A stretch of 64,000 nt of DNA from Octopus sinensis (taxonomy: Eukaryota): the NCBI RefSeq assembly GCF_006345805.1, contig NC_043011.1, forward strand, positions 19,170,464-19,234,463, written 5' to 3'. Below the pieces are notes generated by a model, which was given only the letters and a program-made list of their open reading frames with translations, was not told where the DNA came from and did no database searches. Made by a program: the position numbers and the translations under genes. Positions within the stretch are counted from its first letter, which is position 1, and each line of letters begins with the position of its first letter. Positions 13,479 to 26,714 of this stretch are shown piece after piece.

Positions 13479-13542
13479 GTTACATATCACCTGTGATTTC
13501 GCAATCAATGCATTCTATGCATTCTATGCTCTTCAGTGTAAC
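13479..13542 (-). ncRNA. Type I hammerhead ribozyme of a second, unrelated sequence
   Basis: GUUACA-CUGAAGA-GCA...UGC-GAAA-UCACAGGUGA-UA-UGUAAC: 6-bp stem I, intact core, stem III UCAC/GUGA, AUA triplet. Confidence 0.8.
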
Positions 13543-13726
13543 GAACTCAAGACATATAAGAAAAAACAGCCAACCGTAGAATTTGCCGCAGCATATACGA
13601 TATATATATATATATATCGCAGCATATATATATATACATATATATATATATATGTATATGTTTATGAACATATATATACATATATATATATATATTATAT
13701 ATATATATATAATATATATATATATT

Positions 13727-13782
<56 letters not shown>

Positions 13783-14548
13783 CATGCTGTAGTATTTATT
13801 CGTATATTATGCACCTGTAAATGTGTACGCTGAGGTGAGTGCGCATATAGGTTTATTACTTTTATACAGTAGGATTGCAACCATAAGCGAATAGTCATAC
13901 GATGTAAACGTTTTATATTTAGGTTTTACTTCTATTAGAAAGTGTTCGTTATCTTATACCCCCTTTGCTATATTATATTTATAGAATTAAATATCCCCCC
14001 ATAATTTCTCAGTATACATGCGCCCGTTGTTATGGAGTTCCACTGACACTAGAAGACCACACATGGAATCCCTGATCAGTATGTTTCTCTGGAAATGTTT
14101 ATCTACTGCTACCACCTTGTTACCATTAGAGCAGTTAAACTTAATAAGATTTTATACCACAGCAGTATCAAGTAGAATTGTTTCCATACGTAATCTCTCT
14201 CTTACAATTTATTTCCAAACACCAGCTGAGCGCATTGGTCGTTAGAAGTTGCTGTTGGCGTTGTTTTTTGCTGCAGGTGTTGGGGGATTTGGTGGTTGTG
14301 TCATTGTTCATAGTTTTTTTTTTTGTCAATGGGAAAGGTGGCTGCCTCGCATGGTTGACTACTATTGGGGTCTTTTACGCGCGGGAATGATAATACATTT
14401 TCTCCTACGACCATTAGAGATGTTTCAAACGCAGATTTCATGTGTAATGTCGATAAAAGTAAAAATTATAACAATAATAATAATGATACTCATATGCACA
14501 CAAGTCCTGAAATCGTTAGGGAAGCTATAATTATATCGTCAAACTCTA

Positions 14549-14635
<87 letters not shown>

Positions 14636-14669
14636 TAATAATAATAATTGAGAAATTCTTAACGGCGCC

Positions 14670-14850
14670 CACCTGACAGATAATAATTTTAAGGATTTCG
14701 CGCCGGACAAAATCCTTAAAATTATTGCTTGCAACGCATTACTTTCTGATTTCAAATGCCACCGAGATTTCAGGGTCGATAAAATATGTGCCAGTTAATC
14801 ACTGAAGTGGATCTAACTGACTATTCTCTCGTCATTAAATTTTAAATCTT
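14670..14850 (+). mobile_element. Old SINE family 1 copy
   Basis: Degenerate ttctgatttcaaatgccaccgagat..gggtcgataaaa core, next to a (TAA)n tract. Confidence 0.55.
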
Positions 14851-16733
14851 GCGCTAATAGCAGAGAAAAACCCGTTATTATTATCAAATACACTTTAGGT
14901 TTAATGTATGTCATTTAGAAATTCAATAAAGTTTTCTCTAGTCTATCATCCGCATAGAATTTTCTCAAGAAAAACCCCATACTACTTTTCAGACTCAAAA
15001 GAGAGTTTCTTCTGTTACCTGCTCGAGAGATTATTCCGCGCTCCTAGAGGGGAAAACGGACGCTGTATTATAACTTTCCTCTGCCAATTTTTACGCAATC
15101 TAATCCCAATAATGTAAAAGATTTCCTTCATTGTAAGGTACTATTACTAATATCATAGTCAAATATTCCACACTCTCACTAGAACGCTGTAGAGATTCGC
15201 CTGAGTATATATGTGATTACATACAAACCCTAAACGTATATAGTTACCTGTAAATAAAAGAAATGCATGACTACTAAAAAAAATTCTACTACAAAGTAAG
15301 AGTGATTTCACCTCAATATACTTCAACATAAAAGCTTGCTGTGAAATATGTATATAAGAAATTTAAATAAAGGGAATTTTCTGCAAAAATGTTATTATCG
15401 TGTGTCTGGTTTAGACATAGCACTAGAAAGTAAAATTACCAAAGCATATACATATATATATATATATCAATAATTAATGAAAATATTTCAGACTGTACAT
15501 ATCAAGTGAATTACCATAACATTAAACAAAAATATAACAACTCGACAAAATAAGATGCAAATGGCTTGATCAATACACAACAGACAAAGTCCTCGAAAAA
15601 TCCATAACCAAGACCTATTTGTAAATACCAGATCAGTGTGACTGGGGAAGTATATCCTCTGCCACATAAGAATCAATTATTACTCAACTGCAAAACACTA
15701 CCATAATCCGACTTGGGACCGTATACATTCATGAATATTTCAAAATTGCTTTCTCCCTTTCCGCGTGTTCCTACTGCTCTAATTTTCCCATAATTATATT
15801 TCGTTACTTCACTGCTATTATATACTTCTATTGATTTTTCTCCTCAACCTTTTATGACACGACATAGAGTAGCTTTTCCCCATCCACCTTACATATGAAA
15901 CCTTTTTTGTATTACTTCAAACATAAGAACAAATATAATTAGGGAAAACTAACAATTTTTTTTACTGTAAGTTAACTACTTTAACTGATGCATAAGTTCG
16001 ATAAAATTGTTTTCATATATTTTTTTCATAATTTCTATGAACAAATGTAGGTAAATAGCGTTACATTTTACGCAAGCCATCAAAACTAAACTGTCCTACA
16101 AGATATGCTTACCCACAAATATATAAATGCAAATACCTTAATATTAACATGCCCCACTCTGTCTGAGTTTGGTATTTTCATACTGGAATATTCATACTGG
16201 AATAAACATATAAATTAAGATAGTGACTATTCAAATCATTAACAAATGCCCGTTAAGTTGGAATTTGATCTTTTTTAATCTAAGTGTCATAGATCAAATG
16301 TTTGAGTGAATATAAAACCTTGTGAAATTCCTCTCTAGACCCCCAATATGCCAACTCGAGAACCATATGTTTATAGCTATATATCGCTATATAACAATAT
16401 ATTTTATTTCAATTATGAGAGTCAATATCACGTGTGAATGCTACAAGCGTAAGTGCAGTTATATGGAACTACTTGAAATGTTATATGTATAACAGTTTCT
16501 CTTCTCTACCACTGGTATATTGAAAATATTTCTGGCTCGCCATTCATTTCAGCTTCGTATTTTACATTGTTTTTTTTTTAAAGAACAGGCAGAAGAAAGA
16601 GCTTTGTGAAAGCAATTCGGCACATTCGGTAGCATAAAGCATGGAGTTTGTTAGAGATTCTATGTTATAGTGAATTGTTCCTGTTGTTCCTGTGCTATTA
16701 TACTCAAAATCTAACTGTCTTATTTGCCTGCAG

Positions 16734-17095
16734 TATTTTCCATGAATGCACAGACATGCATGAATAGTATTGAAAAGAAGGAATCGCTGCCATCAGTAGC
16801 ATTAACAAAATGCTATTGAAGTTTGATGGATGCTATTCAGTTCTGGAAACACGGCCAAGTTTTCTGAATGAAACTTTGTATGACTTAGTTCCTCTTGATG
16901 TTCCTAATGCAATCAATACTGAAATCAATACTAACACAAGAGGAACCAATATTTCTTTATAGTCAGGTAGATACGCAACAAAGAGGCCTAAATCCGATGA
17001 TATTGTAAACACACGCATCTCTAGTTATCTGCATGACCTACACAATTTTGATTCCCCTGATTTCTATGTTGTTTGCAAATATTTCAAATTAGATT
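16734..17095 (+). pseudogene. Exon-like block Z (best-defined copy; 120 codons, 3 stops)
   Basis: Branch-like CTAAC at 16711, acceptor cctgcAG, donor GTAAC. YDLVPLDV..ISL*SGRYATKR..YLHDL..YFKLD aligns with YEDIPLRV..IFKLTGKYSDKR..YLQNI..QFVIY (41.1-41.3 kb). Same phase-1 donor as 55562. Confidence 0.6.
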
Positions 17096-18019
17096 GTAAC
17101 CCTTTTCCTAAAAAATATACATTTTTTTATGAAATGAAGCGCGAATGCATCAATTTCACTTGGTTTCATGTTATGCAAGCATGATGAAATGCCCAAACTT
17201 GTGTGTGTGTGAATTGGTCATGACAGATCTATTCTAATTAAAGTAACCAGAATTGTTTCATTGCAAAATTTTTAGATTTATTTATTGAGTAAATTTCATT
17301 CAATAATTAAATGTCCAATAAAGACAACTTCCGTTCTGGTTTCAATAAAAATGCAGGTTTTGTTATGACAATTTGTTTTACACACTGCACCAACAAATTT
17401 GAATAAAGAAATAATTTCCTCCCACTCGTTTTTTTTTTATTTTCATTACTTTTCATGTTCATCGAATAGGCGATGAGTATATATACATGAAACTGATATT
17501 CTGTTGCATGTGTGCATTTCTATTTGATCAGGTTTTAATTTTACCGATATTAGAATATACACTAGGCTGGAAATATGTTCTGTCGCAATTTTTAACACGA
17601 TTTCTTTGATGAAACTCTCACAGAGTTTTGTCAGTGAACAGGTCGCGGTCTAAAAGTGACGAAAATATTTTGACAAATTAAATTTAAATGTTGAAGTGAA
17701 TCTAACGGTTTTTGTGTGTTTCTTAAGTGGCTTATAATCACCTTTCACGCTGCAATTGTTTTCCTTCCAGCACACGATCTCAGATCAGGTCACTTGCTAT
17801 GCAATTACATCTCCGTAAGTGTTTAAATTGTTATACTGAAATAAACATTGTGTCGCAATGCTTTGCATTACAGCGTGTTTTCTTTATTTATGTCGTAATA
17901 GTTTTAGTATCAATTTTAGCATTCTAAAATATATATATATCTTTAGATCACAATCATATCAATCACTGTGTAGTCTAAGAATTTAAAAGGACCTCTTCAT
18001 TAAGGTAAGCGGCTAGAAA

Positions 18020-18873
18020 TAATCGTTTGGCTGTGGAAATGGAGGCCTATGTGTTCAGACATGCTAACCTTGTTTTGACTAGTTTAGGCTGGGAATTTTC
18101 CCTTTCAGATTTCTCTCTATACGGATGAACATCATCTGTCAACACGTAACTTCGGAAAACCATACGTGTTGAAAATCCAAAGCAAACTCCACAGGTATTA
18201 GCAAATCAATTGAAGTCTCATTTGGTGAAAGAGGAAATTTATCAGTTGTTGTCGCAACATGTGAGTGCTTCTCAGGTTAATGAAAGAGTTGTGCTCTGTT
18301 CCTCATTAATGAGTAGTCTTGCTACCAAACCAGAATAATCAAAACTGATGGAAAGTGAACTCCTCTAATAACATCCAGAAAATCAGCAAAGGTTAAAACC
18401 AATGAAAAGGGAGAAATCCTTCCCCAAACCACGACTAACAGGAAAAAATGCTCCCTTGTTATGGAATATGAAGGGCTCATCACTCACGAATTGTTAAATA
18501 TAAATTAAATAATACATACGGAAATCTTTTGCCGTAAAGTAGAAGCCTTGCGTATTGCATTATAATTTGCAGAAAAAGCGCTCGTCATTGTTCAATTCTA
18601 AACGGTTATTGCTCACATACGATATTTCATGATTGCTTATAGTCCAAGAGAATCCGCAAATTGTTATGAACGAAAATATGGAATTTTTCCTCGTACACCT
18701 AATTGACCTGACCATGCACCATCCGAGCGTTCAAAACATTGCACGATTATTTAAAGGAAATTAATTAATTTTGAAGATATTAAATATTTGAATGAATGTT
18801 TCTTTGCTTCGAGCATTTACTGACCTTTTTTCTTTCATTTAAAAATTGGCACGAACTTTCCAGACAACCCAAT
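18020..18873 (+). mobile_element. Highly decayed mariner transposon relic
   Basis: Remnants of the KG..HELL, KR..L.N.K and P..PD.APS motifs. 3' TIR-like aattggcacgaactttccagacaacccaa followed by TA. Left boundary uncertain. Confidence 0.7.
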
Positions 18874-20009
18874 ATATTTTCCTTTTGTAGCTTTCCCCTC
18901 CACTGTATATCTTTTATATCTTATCAAAATTTGTATATACTTGTCGTTTTTATTTCTCCTTGTTGACGTTTCTGTATTGTGCTCTGCTTCCCCCATCCTA
19001 TTTGGATCGTTTTTGTATCCCTACATTAATTTACAATATCTTTGCAAGAATGCCTGTTATAAACGTGATGACTAATAGTTGTTTCCTCTTATTTTTTCGT
19101 TTTCTGCGGACTCATTTCGTATATAATCTACCTGACTTTTTAACAAGGACTGTGCCATAGAATTTATTACGTTAAAATTTTGTCACGAGCTTTGTTTTCG
19201 TTTACATTTTTGTTTAAACATTGCAGTTTTCTATGACCCTTCTGTTGTCGCCGGTTTTGCATAAGCTTTCATTTTTAATAAAGAAATCCTTAGTATATTT
19301 ATTATATTTATAATTCTTGTTGTTTTTGTAATTATCCTCATCTAAGTAAATTTCAGTGTAAATAAGTTTAATGATGTAGGGCAGAGGTCTGTAACTAACT
19401 TGATTAAAGTTTACCAATATTCATTGATTTCCATTGGAAATATATCACAAGTTATTTCTCTACCATCTGATTATCAGATTAGATTCAAGTTATGAGTAAT
19501 GGAGAATGATTTAGTAAGCAGGAAATAATTTTGTAACAAACGTAAGGAGAGGAAACAATTCCAGAATCACGGAGTAAACGAGTATATATCATGGATTTGC
19601 AGGAAAATAATTGCAATGAATCATCAATATTTCTATTAAATAATTACGTCTGTGTAAATATGTAAATATTGGAAATTTATTGATCAGGTGTGTAAATATA
19701 TATAATAATTTTGAATAAGCTATTCACTGAAGAAACATTGATTTTTCGTGTTACTTTTATATTAGAATGTCGTAGAAAGCCACTGTATTTCTTTTAGGAA
19801 AAAGACCATAGGCTTGAATGAATTTTACAAATTTCGTCTATATTTCTCTCAGACATTTTAATAATTCCGAATGAATCCTAATACTACTCGCAATGTCACC
19901 AATCAAATACGATTAAATAAGAGCAACATTTTCAAAATATTTTCATTTTGCGTTTGAAAGTAGGTCAAAATGAGAATCCTGCTAATTATGTTTTATACAT
20001 ACATACATA

Positions 20010-20429
20010 GGCGCAGGAGTGGATGTGTGGTAAGTAGCTTCCTAACCAACCACATGGTTCTGGGTTCAATCCCACTGCGTGGCATCTTGGGCAAGTGTCT
20101 TCTGCTATAGCCCCGGGCCGACCAATGCCTTGTGAGTGGATTTGGTTGACGGAAACTGAAAGAAGCCTGTCGTATATATGTATATATATGTATATGTATA
20201 TGTATGTGTGTTTGTGTTTGTGTTTGTCCCCCTAGCATTGCTTGACAACCGATGCTGGTGTGTGTTTACGTCCCCGTCACTTAGCGGTTCGGCAAAAGAG
20301 ACCGATAGAATAAGTACTGGGCTTACAAAAGAATAAGTCCCGGGGTCGATTTGCTCGCTTAAAGGCGGTGCTCCAGCATGGCCGCAGTCAAATGGCTGAA
20401 ACAAGTAAAAGAGTAAAGAGTAAAAAGAG
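20010..20429 (+). mobile_element. Full-length tRNA-derived SINE family 2
   Basis: A/B-box head (tggatgtgtggtaag..ggttcaatccc), internal (TA/TG)n, (gtaaaaga)n tail, and a 16-bp flanking duplication tatacatacatacata. Confidence 0.92.
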
Positions 20430-20747
20430 TATACATACATACATATGTTTCCACATATAACGTACATAAATATGCATCTGTGTGTGTATATATATATAAC
20501 CAATAATTTTCTCATCTCGCTAACACAATTATACACACACATACACACAAACATTCACGTACATATACACACACAGATGCATATATATGTACGTTATATG
20601 TGGAAATATATCTACGTATGGGTGGATGGATGGATGGATGGATGTATAAAGCAGATACTTAGCAGGATTCTCATTTTGAAATTTCAAACTTGGGTTCATT
20701 CCTAAGGTATTTTTCGATGATATTATTATTATAATTATTATTATTAA

Positions 20748-20811
<64 letters not shown>

Positions 20812-20823
20812 ATTATTATTATT

Positions 20824-21323
20824 GAGTGAGAGAGCAGTTCATGCCATCAAAGTGACACTGGGGTAAAATATACGAAGCCCAATATACCCATCATGACTAC
20901 CCGTCTGATAAGGGTACACCAGGCACATGCATCACAACCATATGTGCGCGACATGGTGATCTCATATCAAGATAAACAGCGCATGACCTTGCAGGTGGGG
21001 CCCAGTTAGAATTTTCTTCAGGTTGAGTAGCCCATCCCGCTCAAAAGGTCCCTGAATAAGGGTTGTTTAAGGATGTTGAATGAAACACCCATGTTTCCAG
21101 AGGTGAATTATTCAAACCCCAAAGCATCCCTCTCAACACATGGTTATGATGCTCCCCCACTACTTCTGCTCGTGATCAGAGATGCACATATCGTCAGCCA
21201 CTAAGGGACATGCTCAACTGGTTAAGGTCAAACAACTGACAAGCAAATCTGTGGTATTGAGCAGAATATTTGCTGTAGCCCATCTTTTATACCAAGACAA
21301 AACAATGTACATGATAACACTTC
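20824..21323 (-). mobile_element. Non-coding (TAA)n-associated interspersed repeat, 5'-truncated copy
   Basis: Colinear with 38263-38935 and directly abuts (TAA)n. Strand inferred from the (AAT)n tail. Confidence 0.75.
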
Positions 21324-21336
21324 TATTATTATTATT

Positions 21337-22770
21337 CTATGTTTGACTTTTGCTTTATATTTGTACAAGTTGGCTCCAAGTCTCACCCAGAGACCTCAAG
21401 AGACAACAGGGTTGGAAGTTCATGTTGTTGTTATGCCTAGTGTGCCATATATTTGGGGGGTGGGGATGTTGTACTAATGAATGTCTAAAAAAAAAGGTTT
21501 TTTTTTTTTTTTTTTTTTTAAACCGAAAATTATGTTTGTCTTAAACCTTGAGATTACATAGAGAGTATTTTGCGTAGGATATGAGCAGTTCCCATGAGCA
21601 CTATCTTTTGAACTTCTGCCATTTTTGGGTTTCCTTGTATCTGAGTTAGGTAGCTATCAGCCCCTTTTGCTATCATTCCCAGGGCACCTATGACAACAGG
21701 TATTGTTTTAGTCTTCAGCTTCCACATTTTGCTGATTTCTATTTCAAGAACTTTATATTTGCTCAGTTTTTGGTAGGTCTTGACAGATGCGTTTATATCG
21801 ATTGGGACATTTATATAAATGAGGAGGCATGTTCTTTGTTTGAAGTCTTTCAATATGATGTCTGGCCTATTTGCATCTATCTTCCTGTCAGTTTGAATGG
21901 TGAAGTTCCAGAGGAGTGAGATGTGGTCATTTTCAAGCACTGGGGGTGGTTTGTGTTCCCACCAGTTTTTTTCATGGGGCAAAGCCAGGTTTTTACAGAT
22001 TACCCAGTGAATATATTGTGCAGCTCTATCGTGCCTGTTGAAATACTCTGTAGGCGCTAGAAGACTGCACTTGGAGACCACATGGTCAATGGTTTCATTT
22101 TGTTGCTTCATACACGACACGTTTGACTGCTTCTGATCTTTAATATGTTGGCCTGGTAGTTTCTTGTTGGTAGGCATTGATCTTGAGCTGCTATGATAAA
22201 CCCCTCTGTTTCAGATTTTAAGCCAGAGGCCATTAGCCATTGATGGGTCAGGGCTTTGTCGATATCTGCATTATTCGCTCTCTTTGGGTATTTGCCATAG
22301 AGAGGTTTTTCTTGCCATTTATTATTCAGAATATCTAAGGCCGCAGTTTTGGCACGGGTTTTCATGCGCCTAGCTTTTTCTGTGCTTGTTTCTTGTATAT
22401 CTATCTCTAATTCCGAAATTGGTTATATTCGGAATTCACTTAGATATTCCTTTGCCTGTTTTGTGACTGAGTATGATGCTTTCTTGTTTTCATGTTTTGA
22501 GACAAGTTTTAACATCCAGTCCTCAGAGTTTTTCAGGTAGGTGTCTAGGCCAATTGTAGCAATCTTCATTGTTATTGCCAGTTGAAAAAGACCACGGCCT
22601 CCCTCTTTTCTTGGCAGATAGAGTCGTTCTGTATCTGCCTTAGGGTGGTGCATTCTATGCATTGTCAACAGTTTCCTTATTTTTCTGTCGAGCTGACATA
22701 TTTCAGTAATTGACCAGTTAACAATATTGAAACTGTAAGTCACGACTGGTATAGCTAATGCATTGATTGC
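21337..22770 (-). mobile_element. 5'-truncated R4/Dong-clade non-LTR retrotransposon, subfamily A (RT thumb, CCHC, RLE, 3' UTR)
   Basis: ERLYLPRKEGGRGL, KPLYGKY, ETEGFIIAAQDQ, ETIDHVVSKC, RHD, NRPDI..D, K..KY..L and PVVIGALG. (AAT)n at both ends. Confidence 0.92.
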
Positions 22771-22771
22771 A

Positions 22772-22834
<63 letters not shown>

Positions 22835-22899
22835 CATTATTATTATTATTATTATTTAGGTCACTGAATAATAATAATAATAATTCAAAATAATAATTC

Positions 22900-23128
22900 A
22901 AAAGATAGTGCTCATGGGAACTGCTCATATCCTACGCAAAATACTTTCTATGTAATCTCAAGGTTTAAAACAAACATTTTTTTTTAGACATCCACTAGTA
23001 CAACACAAAAAACACTAGGCACACTAGGCATAACAACAACGTGAACTTCCAACCTGCTGTCTCTTGAGGTCTCCGGGTGAGACTTGGAGCCAACTTTTAC
23101 AAATATAAAGCAAAAGTCAAACATATAG
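22900..23128 (+). mobile_element. Short 3' fragment of R4/Dong subfamily A
   Basis: IQKIVLMGTAHILRKILSM* plus the same 3' UTR as 21337-21553. Confidence 0.88.
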
Positions 23129-23140
23129 TAATAATAATAT

Positions 23141-23292
23141 CATCTAAAAATACCTTAGGAATGAGAACCCAGGTTCGAAAATTCCACAAGACATCTAATG
23201 AAGTCTGGAGGGCATATCAGTCAAAACGTTGTGTTAACAACAGAAACCTGATGAGGACAAATATCTGTCAAATGTAAACAATGTAAATAATG
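23141..23292 (+). mobile_element. Penelope-like pLTR fragment with a degenerate hammerhead
   Basis: GACAT-CTAATGA-aGTCTG..CAGTC-AAAAC-GTT-GTGTT at 23190-23235. Partial reverse copy at 20677-20720. Confidence 0.55.
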
Positions 23293-23540
23293 TTTAAGGT
23301 TTTTGTCTTTGATTTGGCGCACTTAGTGAAGGATGGAAGCTCGTTTCGTAAATCATGAGCAATATTAATTCGTTTATTGTCATAACATAATTTTCGTGTC
23401 TATCAAGAAGTGTTTCAAACTCATCAATTATGCCGCATACGGTTGATACTACTTGAAGGCGGCAGCAGAGTCGTCTGAAAATCGGAGAACATTCTAAATT
23501 GCTTGCTGTGTAAAATCCTTCGTTAATGCAGAACTATATA

Positions 23541-23590
<50 letters not shown>

Positions 23591-23643
23591 TGATGATAAT
23601 AATAATAATAATAATAATGATAATAATAATAATAATAATAATG

Positions 23644-24445
<802 letters not shown>

Positions 24446-24448
24446 ATA

Positions 24449-24490
<42 letters not shown>

Positions 24491-24491
<1 letters not shown>

Positions 24492-25602
24492 TACTATAAA
24501 ATAACCACCATAGGACTGCAAAAATATCTGCTTCAGAAGGAAGGAAAACTGATCCAGATAGCGGCAAAACACGAGCAAAACAAAAAACTGTTCTCAGTAT
24601 TTAAGGAAGCTGACAAATACAAACAAGAAATCATACCACCTAATAAACATGAAGAAGAAGAAGAAGAAGATGAAGAAACAACAAAAGCTATAAAACAAAT
24701 GAAATCCAAACTAAAAATAGAACAGCAACGAACTATGATAAAACGATGGCAAGAAAAGCCCCTTCATGGTAAATACTGGACTAAACTAAACGCAAAAGAA
24801 ATAGACAAAGAAAAATCCCAGCAATGGTTGAGGAGCTCAGGACTCAAAGCAGAAACAGAGGGATTTTTAATTGCAGCACAAGACCAAAGCCTCCCCACCA
24901 GAAATTACCAAAAACATGTAAGAAATATTACAAGTAACTGCAGAATATGTGGAGATGGACAAGAAACAATAAATCATATTATCTCTAGCTGCCCAGTCCT
25001 GGCTAAGAAGGAATATATTCACAGACATGACAGAGTTGGAACCTACATACATTGGAAGCTATGCCAACATTATGGAATAACAACAGAAAAAAGATGGTAT
25101 AGGCACACACCAGAAAAGGTCACAGAAAACGAGAAAGCAACCATACTCTGGGATATGCCGATACACACAGATAGAGAAATTAAGGCCAACAGACCAGATA
25201 TAGTTGTCAGAGATCATGAAGAAAAAAAATGCTTTCTAATTGATGTATCAATACCGGCTGATGACAACGTGTCTCTAAAAGAAATGGATAAACTCTCAAA
25301 ATACAAAGACCTGGAAATAGAGGTAACTAGAATGTGGAATCTGAAAACAGAAACAATTCCTATCATAGTAGGTGCATTAGGCATGATAAAAAAAAATTCA
25401 GACAAATACATAACAAAAACACCAGGACTTACAAACACATATAGCATACAGAAAATTGCACTACTAGGCACTGCACACATCCTACGCAGAACACTTTCCA
25501 TACAATAACCATCAGAGCATCACAACAAATCACAGCACATACCCAAGGCACACAGAGCTGCGCTCGGTAGTGAAGTGAAAGCACGCTATAAAAATAAAAC
25601 TA

Positions 25603-25607
<5 letters not shown>
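24491..25607 (+). mobile_element. 5'-truncated R4/Dong element, subfamily C, with an open reading frame
   Basis: ORF to 25508 has CRICGDGQETINHIISSC (CCHC), RHD, RPDI..D, KYKDL and PIIVGALG. 3' UTR ends actg(aat)n. Confidence 0.95.
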
Positions 25608-25648
<41 letters not shown>

Positions 25649-26372
25649 TTTTGAACAACAGCATTCTCAGAAAAAGAGGATTTTGGAGAGAAATAATGAC
25701 TAAATTTCCCACAAATCATACCCAAATATTTTATGTGCAGAAAGAACACATCATCACATCGTATTATGTATCAGAACATGAACTTTTACTGTCTATGACA
25801 GGAAATCATTTCATTTGATGTTTCGTCCAGGTGGGTTCATATGTAGCTAAACAACAGAAAAACAAAGACCGTGCAATATTTCACTTCTCTCTGAACGAAA
25901 AATACGTTAATGTATTTGTGAATGTGTTTTGTAACGTAATAATCGATTTTTGCTATAAATGTTGCTAAGTAAACCATGACTCATCAAAAACAATGATGAT
26001 ATATTTACAAGATTTTAGGTGCATTGTCATGGACAAAAATCCCTATATAATATAAATTTTTTTTTACTGCAATCAAAGCGATGTGCAATATAAACCCTAG
26101 TGCCTCTCTATTTTTATCTCTCAGACCATCAAATCAATATCCATGATTCAAGTGTCTAACGCATATAAAATCGACAGATATATTTTCCTACAGGAATTTA
26201 CTTTTAGTTTAAATAATATCAAGCATAACAAGGAATTTAGCTTTGCATATTTCACGTTACGGCTTTAATACAGGGGTAAAAGAAAACAAAAACTGTCCGA
26301 AATATTTTCTTTCAAATGTATTGCACACGTAACATAGCCCAAATTCGGCGGATAATACAGTTTATAAATATC

Positions 26373-26606
26373 TATTTCTTTACTACCCACAAGGGGCTAA
26401 ACACAGAGAGGACAAACAAGGACAGACAAACGGATTAAGTCGATTATATCGACCCTAGTGCGTAACTGGTACTTATTTAATCCACCCTGAAAGGATGAAA
26501 AGCAAAGTCGGCCTCGGCGGGATTTGAATTGAACTCAGAACGTAGCGGCAGGCGAAATACCGCAAAGCATTTCGCCCGGCGTGCTAACGTTTCTGCCAGC
26601 TCGCCG
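26373..26606 (-). mobile_element. Full-length tRNA-derived SINE family 1
   Basis: Head cggcgagctggcagaaacgttagc, B-box-like gagttcaa, and a 15-bp target-site duplication cagtttataaatatc (26358-26372 and 26607-26621). Confidence 0.93.
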
Positions 26607-26714
26607 CAGTTTATAAATATCCAACGTAGAAACAGATAGATCTATATTTGATACACATCTATATGCGTGTATATATGAGTATGTGTTTCTGTGTGTATGT
26701 GTGTTGTAGTGAAA

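Noticed and set aside
14000-14430. GC-richer segment with short ORFs, possibly an LTR or exon
   Set aside because: No second copy, terminal motifs or recognisable protein motif.
23245-23285. Second CTGATGA-ggac..gtc motif
   Set aside because: No GAAA or stem III follows.
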